Virus record (IMG/VR): IMGVR_UViG_2061766007_001805
Direction: 5' to 3' (one strand)
From: an uncultured virus (IMG/VR IMGVR_UViG_2061766007_001805)
Taxonomy: Duplodnaviria; Heunggongvirae; Uroviricota; Caudoviricetes
DNA: 45,719 nucleotides
Shown: one piece after another, positions 17,963-27,425 of the stretch
Layout: the number at the start of each line of letters is the position of its first letter
Numbering within the stretch: the stretch's first letter is position 1
The notes under the pieces: model-generated
The model's database searches: none
Seen by the model: only the letters and a program-made list of their open reading frames with translations
What the model was told of the DNA's origin: nothing
Translations under genes and position numbers: made by a program

Positions 17963-18661
17963 TTATGCTCTTCTTCTGTTACTTTCACGCTCACGTCTGT
18001 ATGTTTCACGACGAGCTTTCTTCATAAGACCAGTGTCGCTGTACTTTATCTCTGTCGTTACACGGAACGAGACTTTTGCTGGAGATAGTTGCTGTTTGAT
18101 GATGTCTCTGAACTCTGACATGACAGCGAATTGGAGAAATCTTCCACTCCAGCCGCCATTGCCTTTCATCGTAAATCCCTTTTCCCAATAACCCCAATAA
18201 GGGGCAAGTATAGCAAAGAACACACGCCAACCGTTCTGTCCTTCTTTCTCTTGTCGGTCAAGGAACTCTTGAGCCATCTTGTGTCCCCATATCTCTGGCA
18301 AGTCGATGGCGTCGACTTTTGTCCACCGCTCAAGCAGATTCTTGTTCTTGTGAAAGAACTCACCGCCTTTCCACCACGAGTGGAGAGTTGCAGACATGCT
18401 TGCTCTCTGGGGTCTGTAGAATCCGTTGCCGACGTACTTTCCGTTGTACGTTACTCCCCAACAGAGAGAATCAAGCAGATTGCCAGTGTCGTCCATGTTG
18501 TTGCGACTGTGATATGATGCAATGGTTTCGCCGAGAAGCATTATGCGCCCTTCTGCGTACTCCACAAGCTTCGCAGACTGCTCGTTGACCCAATAGTCTG
18601 TGAGCTCTTTCTGCAACTGCTTTGTGTAAGCGCTCATTCCTATGACCTTCGACTTCTTCAT
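17963..18661 (-). CDS. Putative neck/tail-completion protein (HK97 gp10-like), copy A
   Basis: Start MKKSKV at 18661; D.TGNL..S and APY..Y.E.G motifs; synteny. Confidence 0.65.
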   Translation of the reverse strand: MKKSKVIGMSAYTKQLQKELTDYWVNEQSAKLVEYAEGRIMLLGETIASYHSRNNMDDTGNLLDSLCWGVTYNGKYVGNGFYRPQRASMSATLHSWWKGGEFFHKNKNLLERWTKVDAIDLPEIWGHKMAQEFLDRQEKEGQNGWRVFFAILAPYWGYWEKGFTMKGNGGWSGRFLQFAVMSEFRDIIKQQLSPAKVSFRVTTEIKYSDTGLMKKARRETYRRERESNRRRA

Positions 18662-18663
18662 GC

Positions 18664-19002
18664 TCAATCCCAGTCTTTGCGTGTACAATATACACTTATA
18701 CCCATCAGCTGAGAAGGTTCAGCGTTGTCTACCGTGAAGCGAAGCGTCTCGCCATAACGTTCGAGAGAGATTTCGTCACCGCTGCGAGGAATGATGTACT
18801 TGTCTTCATCGTCTTTGGTCAGTGGTATCGAGATGATGTAAGACGATGTCTGCAAGACACGCCCTTCATCGTCTGTCACCATGTGCTCGTCCATGACACC
18901 TTCGTAAACAGTCACTTCGGTATCATCGTCGTCACCGTGACCTTCGACGGTTCTCGTAATCACGCCCTCGTACGGGTATTCTACTATCTCGTCTCTAGTC
19001 AT
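18664..19002 (-). CDS. Putative head-closure (stopper) protein, copy A
   Basis: 112-aa beta-rich acidic protein after the adaptor; synteny. Confidence 0.6.
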   Translation of the reverse strand: MTRDEIVEYPYEGVITRTVEGHGDDDDTEVTVYEGVMDEHMVTDDEGRVLQTSSYIISIPLTKDDEDKYIIPRSGDEISLERYGETLRFTVDNAEPSQLMGISVYCTRKDWD

Positions 19003-19385
19003 AAGCTCGTCACATCTTCAATTGGAACAAAGCGAATCTTCTTCTGCATATTCTCAAGCACAGCAGCCCTCTCGTCATCATAGAGGTTGTATATGCCTAT
19101 AGCGTACTTTATCTTGTCGTCTTGGTAGAAGTCTTGCTCGCTTCCGACTGTCTTCTGATAGCCGTTGTGCGACTGTTGCAAAGACGAGGTATTAGAGGGG
19201 CTCAAGAGCACGGCAGCAAATATAATGTCTGCTGTCATAAGCTCTTTCAGACGCTTCGTCACTTTTGTCTCGTCGTATGCGTCGTCCTCTGGGTCTACGC
19301 CTCTGTCAAGAGCAATCTTTATGAAATTGTTCTCGTCAAAGCGTGTGTACGTCGTGGAGGCTTTGAGCCATTCTAATACCGTCAT
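18999..19385 (-). CDS. Head-tail adaptor (DUF6706-like), copy A
   Basis: MTVLEWL...IALDRG...KEL..AD...SP pattern; first gene after MCP. Confidence 0.65.
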   Translation of the reverse strand: MTVLEWLKASTTYTRFDENNFIKIALDRGVDPEDDAYDETKVTKRLKELMTADIIFAAVLLSPSNTSSLQQSHNGYQKTVGSEQDFYQDDKIKYAIGIYNLYDDERAAVLENMQKKIRFVPIEDVTSL

Positions 19386-19430
19386 CTTACAATCAACTTA
19401 ATAAAACTAAACTACCTATGAAGATATTCA

Positions 19431-20213
19431 CTAATCGGCTGTTGTCGTGTCAACGCAGACGTGGTACATCGACTCGTCGAGAACCGTTGCATAACGTCCG
19501 ATGACGTCCGTGTGGTATGCCTTGAGCATGCCGTTGGGAACGACCTTGTTGATGACATAGAGGAAGCCCTGTGTCTTTGCCACGGAAGCTTGGATGGTGT
19601 TGTTAATCTCACCGCTCTGGATGAGGTCGACATCAGCGGGCTTTGCGTGGACGATGACACCAGCCATTCCGAGAGGACGCAGAACAGCGACACCAGCCTT
19701 CCAACCCTTGACGGTATGGTAAGTGGTGATGCCCTGTACAGTCTGCTGCTCGCGGACGATGTGGATGGGCGCAATCTTAGAGATGGGCGAACGGCTGTAC
19801 TCGACAAGCTGCTGATAGGTGATACTGTCGACGGTAGTGCTCGACTGACCGCTTGTGACAACGATGACTTTGTCGGGAGCATAGAGCGAGATGTAGCGGT
19901 TCACTTCCTTGATGAACGCAGCGTTCTTCAACAGTACGTTGATGAGCATGTCCCAAGTGATGTCCCACTGGAACGAGACGCTGTCGGGAATCTGATTTGC
20001 AAGACGGAAGTCAATCTCAATCTTGCGCATCTGCTCTGGGATGTCGCAGTCGGCAGCAGTCCAGACTTTAGTACCTGCAGTCTTGAAGTTTGCAGTAGGA
20101 ATGTAAGCAGCCTGCGAAGTGACGACGCCGCTGAAGCCCTGTGTGGTGGCAGTACCGCCAGCAATGTTGGTCAGAGCGATGGTGTTACCATACTGACCGC
20201 CACGAGACAGCGT
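19431..20213 (-). CDS. Major capsid protein, copy A (3' part; 5' end cut by a gap)
   Basis: Protein nearly identical to the C-terminal part of 23927-25546. Confidence 0.75.
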   Translation of the reverse strand, partial: TLSRGGQYGNTIALTNIAGGTATTQGFSGVVTSQAAYIPTANFKTAGTKVWTAADCDIPEQMRKIEIDFRLANQIPDSVSFQWDITWDMLINVLLKNAAFIKEVNRYISLYAPDKVIVVTSGQSSTTVDSITYQQLVEYSRSPISKIAPIHIVREQQTVQGITTYHTVKGWKAGVAVLRPLGMAGVIVHAKPADVDLIQSGEINNTIQASVAKTQGFLYVINKVVPNGMLKAYHTDVIGRYATVLDESMYHVCVDTTTAD

Positions 20214-20223
20214 NNNNNNNNNN

Positions 20224-20754
20224 CTTCCTCTTGCGCGTCAGCAGTGAATCCGTAAGCGTACTCACCGATTTTTTGAGTAAAAAAAAAGCACTCAAGTCGA
20301 TGGACTGTATCGCTCCTAAGATTATCGCCGCCCACTGGTTTGCGTCGAACGTCGAGTTCATCACCTTCATCTTCATTGTCTTTATGAGTTCGTCGTTTCT
20401 TCTGTCTGCGTTCCTCGAGTCAGGATTGAACATGTGGTTGCAAAGAATTATTGCCATTATCTCGCACATGGCATCCAAGTCAGTGCATAGCGCTGTGATT
20501 ACTTTGTTGTCGTCGTCAAGCGTCTCGTCTGCTTTTCTCATATCCATCACGAGTCTGCAGATTCGGAACACTGAGTAGTAGCGCATATCCTTCACTCTGT
20601 ACTCTTTGTCTCCAAGCTTCACGAGCGACGGAGAGTCGTTGATGATGTCTATGATGTTGCGCTTTACGTCTATGGAGAACTCTGGCAACGAGAACTCTTC
20701 CTCGTCCTCTTTCTTCTCTTCAGTCTTCTTCTTGTTGTCGAACTTCTTCTTCAT
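20224..20754 (-). CDS. Tail assembly chaperone, copy B (3' end cut by a gap)
   Basis: Close homologue of 16160-16747, including the T9 slippery site. Confidence 0.8.
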
Positions 20755-20800
20755 TCTTCTGTGTTTCGTTTGCGTTTTTTATGCTCTGTTTCCAATAATA

Positions 20801-20842
20801 TGGGGATGCGCCTTCGGGATGAACCCTATGCACGCACCCCCA
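20801..20842 (-). promoter_or_regulatory. Conserved branched hairpin between tail tube and chaperone genes (second copy at 21167-21208)
   Basis: TGGGGGTGCG...CGCATCCCCA stem with an inner GGG-TTCA-TCCC hairpin; identical in both alleles. Confidence 0.6.
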
Positions 20843-20854
20843 CGNNNNNNNNNN

Positions 20855-21005
20855 GAGACTCTTTCATCAGTTCGACGCCAGCGTCAAAGTTCTGAGCCAT
20901 CTCCATCGTCTTCTTGTCTACATAGTTGACAAGCTTGTCTATCGAGTTCTTTAAGTCTTGGTCGCTGAGCGCGGCTGCGACGATTGTGGGCGAATTGTTT
21001 GCCAT
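20855..21005 (-). CDS. Tape measure protein N-terminal fragment, copy B
   Basis: MANNSPTIVAAALSDQDLKNSIDKLVNYVD matches the TMP start; preceded by the 3' end of chaperone extension B (21027-21086). Confidence 0.8.
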
Positions 21006-21249
21006 ATCTTTATTTTGTTTTTAGAGTTATTTCTTTCCGTGAACTGGAATCTCGTACTCTTCACCTGCCTTGAGGTTCTTGGCTCCNNNNNNNNNNTGAA
21101 CTTCTTCTTCATTCTTCTGTGTTTCGTTTGCGTTTCTTTTTAATGCTTGCTCTGTATTCGATAATATGGGGATGCGCCTTCGGGATGAACCCTATGCACG
21201 CACCCCCACGCTTACGAAAACAGAGAATTACCTCTTTCTTGTATCAAGA

Positions 21250-21417
21250 TTATGCAGACGGAGTGTCGCCGATAATCTTGTACATGTGGTCTACGTTCGG
21301 AGTCACAGATGTGTCCGTGTAGACGAGAGAAGTGATGGTCACTGAGTAGTTCAGAGCACCGTCTGCGTCCTTCTTCAGAGTGCCGACAGTCAGACCCTTG
21401 TAGATAACCAGAGAGCC
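21250..21417 (-). CDS. Major tail tube protein, copy B (3' fragment; rest in a gap)
   Basis: GSLVIYKGLTVGTLKKDADGALNYSVTITSLVY...IIGDTPSA*. Confidence 0.8.
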   Translation of the reverse strand, partial: GSLVIYKGLTVGTLKKDADGALNYSVTITSLVYTDTSVTPNVDHMYKIIGDTPSA

Positions 21418-21995
21418 NNNNNNNNNNNNNNNNNNNNNNNNNNNNNNNNNNNNNNNNNNNNNNNNNNNNNNNNNNNNNNNNNNNNNNNNNNNNNNNNNNN
21501 NNNNNNNNNNNNNNNNNNNNNNNNNNNNNNNNNNNNNNNNNNNNNNNNNNNNNNNNNNNNNNNNNNNNNNNNNNNNNNNNNNNNNNNNNNNNNNNNNNNN
21601 NNNNNNNNNNNNNNNNNNNNNNNNNNNNNNNNNNNNNNNNNNNNNNNNNNNNNNNNNNNNNNNNNNNNNNNNNNNNNNNNNNNNNNNNNNNNNNNNNNNN
21701 NNNNNNNNNNNNNNNNNNNNNNNNNNNNNNNNNNNNNNNNNNNNNNNNNNNNNNNNNNNNNNNNNNNNNNNNNNNNNNNNNNNNNNNNNNNNNNNNNNNN
21801 NNNNNNNNNNNNNNNNNNNNNNNNNNNNNNNNNNNNNNNNNNNNNNNNNNNNNNNNNNNNNNNNNNNNNNNNNNNNNNNNNNNNNNNNNNNNNNNNNNNN
21901 NNNNNNNNNNNNNNNNNNNNNNNNNNNNNNNNNNNNNNNNNNNNNNNNNNNNNNNNNNNNNNNNNNNNNNNNNNNNNNNNNNNNNNNNNNNNAAA

Positions 21996-22496
21996 TTAGT
22001 TATTATTACTGTTGTTGTTTGTATTTTCTGAATCATCAGAGCTTTCGCTGCTGACTTCTTCCTTTACACCGTCTATGGTGACTATGAACGACTTGACAAA
22101 CACGTTGTACTGGTTTCCCTTGTTCGTGTCCTCGTCGTCGTCCATCGAGAGAATGCCGTCGCTCTGTATGTAGTAGATGTCAGAAGTTGGATGCTCAATC
22201 TCAGAGCGTATGGCTGTGTTGATTCCGTCTTCAAATGCCGCGTACTTTTCCTTGTCGAGACGACCCCTGCTCTTCTGCGGAACGTATGCAATGACGCTGC
22301 ACCGAACCCATCCGAACGTCTGTAGGTCGAACTCCGACTCGTCCCTGATGCTGCCGACTTCTATGACAATGAAGCCATTGCTCGTATCGTCAGTCGTGTT
22401 GTCGGTAGGGACGCGCATCGAATAGATATTCTGCGTCACCCCGCTGAACAGCGGCTTCAGGTAGTCGTATATCGCGATTCTTGACTCTTCAACCAT
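21996..22496 (-). CDS. Putative tail terminator protein, copy B
   Basis: Close homologue of 17459-17959. Confidence 0.6.
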   Translation of the reverse strand: MVEESRIAIYDYLKPLFSGVTQNIYSMRVPTDNTTDDTSNGFIVIEVGSIRDESEFDLQTFGWVRCSVIAYVPQKSRGRLDKEKYAAFEDGINTAIRSEIEHPTSDIYYIQSDGILSMDDDEDTNKGNQYNVFVKSFIVTIDGVKEEVSSESSDDSENTNNNSNNN

Positions 22497-22500
22497 AGCC

Positions 22501-23157
22501 CTATCGTATTAAACCAATCTTCTTGACGCCGACTCTGTTCTTGTACTTTCTGCTTCTGTATGAATACTTCGGTCTGTAGACAGTAAGGTGTGTCTTTGCT
22601 GGCTTCAAGTCCATCCTGACATCATCAAAGATGTGTGTCATCACTTGGAACTGCATTCTGCGACCACTCTTGACGTGAGTGAATCCACCTTCCCAATAGC
22701 CCCAATACGGAGCCAGTACTGCAAAAAACACAGTCCATTTGTTATTCTTGCCTTGCGCTTTCCCCAAATACTCTTCTGCAAGCTGTCTTCCGTTGACTTC
22801 TTCCATGTCGTTAGGAAAGTATTCATGCAAGTATGAACTAGTTCCACCAGAAACGCCCATGCCTCGTTCTTGCCCCCACTTGTTCGTATAACTGTGTGTT
22901 ATCGCCTCCCTGTAGAAGCCGTTGCCTTTCATCTCTCCATTGTAAGTTACCCCCCAACAGAGAGAGTTCAGCAAGTTCCCTGTTCTGTCCATTCCATGAG
23001 CACCGCTGTAAGAAGCAATCATATCTCCTAGTTTCTTGATTTCAGTCTGAGCATAGTCTATGAGCTTTGCAGTCTGCTCTCCGACCCAATAGTCAGTGAG
23101 CTCTTTCTGCAACTGCTTCGTGTAAGCACCCAATCCTATGACCTTCGACTTCTTCAT
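22501..23157 (-). CDS. Putative neck/tail-completion protein, copy B (divergent)
   Basis: Same N-terminus and TGNLL.SLCWGVTYNG / APYWGYWE.GFT motifs as copy A, with a different centre and C-terminus. Confidence 0.65.
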   Translation of the reverse strand: MKKSKVIGLGAYTKQLQKELTDYWVGEQTAKLIDYAQTEIKKLGDMIASYSGAHGMDRTGNLLNSLCWGVTYNGEMKGNGFYREAITHSYTNKWGQERGMGVSGGTSSYLHEYFPNDMEEVNGRQLAEEYLGKAQGKNNKWTVFFAVLAPYWGYWEGGFTHVKSGRRMQFQVMTHIFDDVRMDLKPAKTHLTVYRPKYSYRSRKYKNRVGVKKIGLIR

Positions 23158-23158
23158 G

Positions 23159-23497
23159 CTAATCCCAGTCTTTGCGTGTACAATATACACTTATTCCCAT
23201 CAGCTGAGAAGGTTCTGCGTTGTCCACCGTAAAGTTCAGCTCTTCGCCATAACGAGTCAAAGAAACGCTGTCTCCCTTTCGAGGAACGATGTAATCGCCC
23301 TCGTCATCTTTTGTGAGAGGTATGGATATGATGTAAGACGCAGTCTGCAGTATTCTGCCTTCGTCGTCACTGACCATGTGCTCGTCCATGACGCCTTCGT
23401 AGACAGTCAGCTCTTCGTCATCATTGTCACCATGCCCCTCGACGATTCGCGTGATGACGCCCTCGTACGGGTATTCAACAATCTCTTCTCTCGTCAT
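23159..23497 (-). CDS. Putative head-closure protein, copy B
   Basis: Close homologue of 18664-19002. Confidence 0.6.
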   Translation of the reverse strand: MTREEIVEYPYEGVITRIVEGHGDNDDEELTVYEGVMDEHMVSDDEGRILQTASYIISIPLTKDDEGDYIVPRKGDSVSLTRYGEELNFTVDNAEPSQLMGISVYCTRKDWD

Positions 23498-23880
23498 AAG
23501 CTTGTCACGTCTTCAATTGGCACAAAACGTATCTTCTTCTGCATGTTCTCAAGAACGTCGGCTCTCTCGTCACCATAAATGCTGTATATGCCTATAGCGT
23601 ACTTAATCTTGTCGTCTTGGTAAAAGTCTTGCTCACTTCCGATTGTCTTCTGATAACCGTTGTGAGACTGTTGCAAGGATGAGGTATTAGACGGACTCAA
23701 CAGCACTGCGGCAAAGATGATGTCAGCCGTCATGAGTTCCTTCAGACGCTTAGTCACTTTTGTCTCGTCGTATGCGTCATCGTCTGGGTCTACGCCCCTG
23801 TCAAGCGCAATCTTTATGAGATTGTTGTCGTCGAAACGAGTGTACGTCGTCGATGCTTTGAGCCATTCTAATACCGTCAT
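23494..23880 (-). CDS. Head-tail adaptor, copy B
   Basis: Close homologue of 18999-19385. Confidence 0.65.
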   Translation of the reverse strand: MTVLEWLKASTTYTRFDDNNLIKIALDRGVDPDDDAYDETKVTKRLKELMTADIIFAAVLLSPSNTSSLQQSHNGYQKTIGSEQDFYQDDKIKYAIGIYSIYGDERADVLENMQKKIRFVPIEDVTSL

Positions 23881-23926
23881 CTTACAAACACTTAAAAACC
23901 TAAACCTTAACTAACCTATAAAGATT

Positions 23927-25546
23927 TTACGCGTCAGCCTGTGTCGTGTCAACGCAGACGTGATACATCGACTCGTCGAGCACGGTGGCGTAACGACCGA
24001 TGACGTCCGTATGGTATGCCTTGAGCATGCCGTTCGGAACGACCTTGTTGATGACATAGAGGAATCCCTGCGTCTTTGCCACGGAAGCCTGAATGGTGTT
24101 GTTAATCTCGCCGCTCTGGATGAGGTCGACATCAGCGGGCTTTGCATGGACGATGACACCAGCCATACCGAGAGGACGCAGAACAGCGACACCAGCCTTC
24201 CAGCCCTTGACGGTGTGGTAAGTGGTGATGCCCTGTACGGTCTGCTGCTCGCGGACGATGTGGATGGGCGCAATCTTCGAGATGGGCGAACGGCTGTACT
24301 CGACAAGCTGCTGATAGGTGATGCTGTCGACGGTAGTGCTCGACTGACCGCTTGTGACAACGATGACCTTGTCGGGAGCATAGAGCGAGATGTAGCGGTT
24401 CACTTCCTTGATGAAAGCCGTGTTCTTCAGAAGAACGTTAATCAGCATGTCCCAAGTGATGTCCCACTGGAAGCCAACGCTGTCAGGAATCTGGTTGGCA
24501 AGACGGAAGTCAATCTCAATCTTGCGCATCTGCTCTGGGATGTCGCAGTCAGCAGCAGTCCAAACCTTTGCGCCTGCAGTCTTGAAGTTGGCGGTAGGAA
24601 TGTAAGCAGCCTGCGAAGTGACAACGCCACTGAAGCCCTGAGTCGTGGCAGTACCGCCAGCGATGTTGGTCAGAGCGATGGTGTTACCATACTGACCACC
24701 ACGAGACAGTGTCATAGCTGCCATGTTGGATGCAGTAAGCATGTGAGACTTAATCAAGTCTGCAACGCCACGAACGTATCCCTCTACGAGAGACTGGTCT
24801 TGGCCGAGTTCCTCAAGACGAGCCTGAAGCTCCATCTTGGACATCGAAGTCTCGAACAAGCCCTTACCATACTGGTAGATAGAGCCAGTCTTAACATCGT
24901 AGCCCTCAGCGTCGAGCTGCATGGTCTCAGACAGAGGAGCCATTGCGTCGGCCATAGGAACGGTACGCTGAATCTTCTGACGTACAGACCAAGCTGGGTT
25001 CTGCTTCAGCTGACCGCGCTCAATCTGATACTCCATGCCCTCGACACGGAAGCACTCCTGCCANNNNNNNNNNAGCATGTGAGACTTAATCAAGTCTGCC
25101 ACGCCACGAACGTAACCCTCTACGAGAGACTGGTCTGAACCGAGCTCTTCAAGACGAGCTTGAAGCTCCATCTTCGACATCGAAGTCTCGAACAAGCCCT
25201 TACCATACTGGTAGATAGAGCCAGTCTTAACCTCGTAGCCCTCAGCGTCGAGCTGCATGGTCTCCGACAGAGGAGCCATTGCGTCGGCCATAGGAACGGT
25301 GCGCTGAATCTTCTGACGTACAGACCAAGCAGGGTTCTGCTTCAGCTGTCCGCGCTCAATCTGATACTCCATGCCCTCGACACGGAAGCACTCCTGCCAG
25401 AAGAACTGATTCTCATCAAGTTCGATGGTGCGGTCGATGAGGGTCTGCAAGAAACCCTGATTGCTGCCGCCACCTAAGTAACCTCTCTGATAAAGCTTCT
25501 CGATAGCTTCATCTGAAGTCCATTGGAATTTTAATGCGTTTGCCAT
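23927..25546 (-). CDS. Major capsid protein (true length about 427 aa; a roughly 325-nt segment is repeated across a gap)
   Basis: Large, strongly codon-biased gene between the auxiliary head gene and the adaptor; VPMADAMAPLSE motif; 24738-25063 is repeated at 25074-25398. Confidence 0.8.
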   Translation of the reverse strand: MANALKFQWTSDEAIEKLYQRGYLGGGSNQGFLQTLIDRTIELDENQFFWQECFRVEGMEYQIERGQLKQNPAWSVRQKIQRTVPMADAMAPLSETMQLDAEGYEVKTGSIYQYGKGLFETSMSKMELQARLEELGSDQSLVEGYVRGVADLIKSHMXXXXWQECFRVEGMEYQIERGQLKQNPAWSVRQKIQRTVPMADAMAPLSETMQLDAEGYDVKTGSIYQYGKGLFETSMSKMELQARLEELGQDQSLVEGYVRGVADLIKSHMLTASNMAAMTLSRGGQYGNTIALTNIAGGTATTQGFSGVVTSQAAYIPTANFKTAGAKVWTAADCDIPEQMRKIEIDFRLANQIPDSVGFQWDITWDMLINVLLKNTAFIKEVNRYISLYAPDKVIVVTSGQSSTTVDSITYQQLVEYSRSPISKIAPIHIVREQQTVQGITTYHTVKGWKAGVAVLRPLGMAGVIVHAKPADVDLIQSGEINNTIQASVAKTQGFLYVINKVVPNGMLKAYHTDVIGRYATVLDESMYHVCVDTTQADA

Positions 25547-25564
25547 AATCTGTTCCTCCTTCTT

Positions 25565-26368
25565 TTAAATCCAGAAAATACCGTCGATGTATGACTTGTT
25601 CTTTGCGAGAACATAGTCAGGCAGCGGCTGCATGCGAGCAATCCAAGCCTGCTTGTTGTAAACGGTAGACATCGAGTAGTTAGCTGTGTCAGCGATGCCG
25701 TATCCGTCAGTGGGCAGCAAATCGCGGTCAGCTTCAACGAAAGTGTTGGGGTTCGGAACGAGAACCTTACAAGAACCAGTAGGCTCAGCAAGAGCTGCGT
25801 CGGCAGCTGCGTCACCCTCTACCAAGATGGTGCTTGTCGTGATGGCAGCTCCAAGAGCATTCTCAAGCGTCAGCTGGAACTTCTTGTTTGTTTCATCAAA
25901 CACTACTGCTGTCACCTTTGCGTAAGTGCCAGTGTAGTCAGAGATGTCACCAGTAGTCACAGTGAACGTTGCGTCTGCAAGGTCTACCTTGCTGTCAGCA
26001 ACATCGAGCTTGCTGGTTGAAGATACAGAGATAGCGCCGCCAGACTTCAGAGTCTTGGGAGCAATCATCAGATACATTCCGACCTCTGGGGCATCGCTGT
26101 AACCGTCACCCTCGACATAGATTGTGGTGGCGTTGTTGGCAGCGTTAGCCTGAACCTTGAACGAGCGGAAGATGAGACATCCCTGTGCGGGAGTGTACTG
26201 CACCAACTGAGCTGCATACAAGTGGTCGAAGCCCTTCTTGGGATTCAAGATTGTACCGCCAAGCAGTACATTGCCGCGCTGCTCGCCGTTGCCATCCTTG
26301 ACCCATACCCATTTGCCGCCACGAACCTTGTGTGACGACTCATAGAAATAAGCTAAGTTTGTTACCAT
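25565..26368 (-). CDS. Putative capsid decoration/auxiliary head protein (267 aa)
   Basis: Between scaffold and MCP; Ala/Thr/Val-rich beta protein with the same codon bias as MCP. Confidence 0.6.
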   Translation of the reverse strand: MVTNLAYFYESSHKVRGGKWVWVKDGNGEQRGNVLLGGTILNPKKGFDHLYAAQLVQYTPAQGCLIFRSFKVQANAANNATTIYVEGDGYSDAPEVGMYLMIAPKTLKSGGAISVSSTSKLDVADSKVDLADATFTVTTGDISDYTGTYAKVTAVVFDETNKKFQLTLENALGAAITTSTILVEGDAAADAALAEPTGSCKVLVPNPNTFVEADRDLLPTDGYGIADTANYSMSTVYNKQAWIARMQPLPDYVLAKNKSYIDGIFWI

Positions 26369-26398
26369 AATTTTGTTACCTTTTAGTTATTAAATCCA

Positions 26399-27221
26399 TT
26401 ACTGAACTTTTATCTTTGGAATCGAGTCGATGAACTCGTCTTCTTGCTTCTGAACTTGCTTCGGCGCAAGCGGCTTGATGTCACCAATCTTGCTCTTGAA
26501 GATTTCTTGGAAGCGCGAGTGCAATCTCTTTGCTTGTTCCTCGACTGTGACATCTTCCTTGACTTCATAGTCTCTGACAAAAATGTCGAAGTCGCTGATG
26601 CAGTCTTCTCGGATGTCTTTCTTTGCCAATGCCACAATTTCGTTGAACTTGTTCTTCTTTGCTTCTTCGTTCTTGAACTTCTGCAGCTCGGCCAACTGCG
26701 TCTTCACATCCTCTGGAAGCTCGAACTGCTGTTGCCGCTGTTGCTGCTGTGGGTTGGCGATTTTCTTGTTCAACTCTGCAATCTGATTCTTGTAGTCGCT
26801 CTCTTTCGACTCGAACTCCTTCTGCTGTGCTGCCCGAACCTTTGCCGATGCACTACGTGCCGTGTCAAGATTGAACTTGATTTCGTCAAGAATGCCGTCG
26901 TCGTCGATTCCAGCTGCCTCGTGCTTCTTTGCGAAGAACTCAGCAAATTTGTCCTTGAAATCGTCTGTCAAAGTCTCGCTGTCGTAGCTTCTCTCGCTAC
27001 AGTAAGTGTTTGCNNNNNNNNNNNNNNNNNNNNNNNNNNNNNNNNNNNNNNNNNNNNNNNNNNNNNNNNNNNNNNNNNNNNNNNNNNNNNNNNNNNNNNN
27101 NNNNNNNNNNNNNNNNNNNNNNNNNNNNNNNNNNNNNNNNNNNNNNNNNNNNNNNNNNNNNNNNNNNNNNNNNNNNNNNNNNNNNNNNNNNNNNNNNNNN
27201 NNNNNNCTCTTCTTTTGTCAT
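26399..27221 (-). CDS. Capsid scaffolding protein (interrupted by an N gap)
   Basis: MTKEE-[gap]-ANTYCSERSYDSETLTDDFKDKF...; highly charged, helical, Gln-rich linker; first gene of the head operon. Confidence 0.65.
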
Positions 27222-27267
27222 AATAGTTCTCTCCTATTTTAGTTGTGTGAACACGATTGTTCGGTTG

Positions 27268-27275
27268 CAAATTTA
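27268..27275 (-). promoter_or_regulatory. -7 box of the leftward virion operon promoter
   Basis: TAAATTTG(CA) on the minus strand, about 47 nt upstream of ATG 27221; no canonical TTTG at -33. Confidence 0.6.
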
Positions 27276-27359
27276 TGAACAAATATGCACGCGCGAAATA
27301 TATTATGGTAACAAGTTTGTGATAAAGTGCATAAACAGCACAAACTTTATCCTTGATGT

Positions 27360-27392
27360 ATTGACGGCACATTGGCACAATGTGTATCTTTG
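27360..27392 (+). promoter_or_regulatory. Promoter of the terminase-portal-lysis-tail tip operon, with an inverted repeat in the spacer
   Basis: ATTG-N21-TATCTTTG(CA); CACATTG-GCA-CAATGTG at 27368-27384. Confidence 0.75.
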
Positions 27393-27425
27393 CAACGAGA
27401 AATTAAAATTTCTGTTCCGTAAGAT

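Noticed and set aside
24738..25398. Internal ~108-aa duplication in the major capsid protein (539-aa ORF)
   Set aside because: The two copies are separated by a 10-N gap and differ like strain alleles, so this is most likely a scaffolding artefact.
19461..25477. Long antisense ORFs opposite MCP (264 and 392 aa) and similar ones opposite TMP, portal and tail genes
   Set aside because: Shadow ORFs caused by strong codon bias; no leaders or recognisable motifs.
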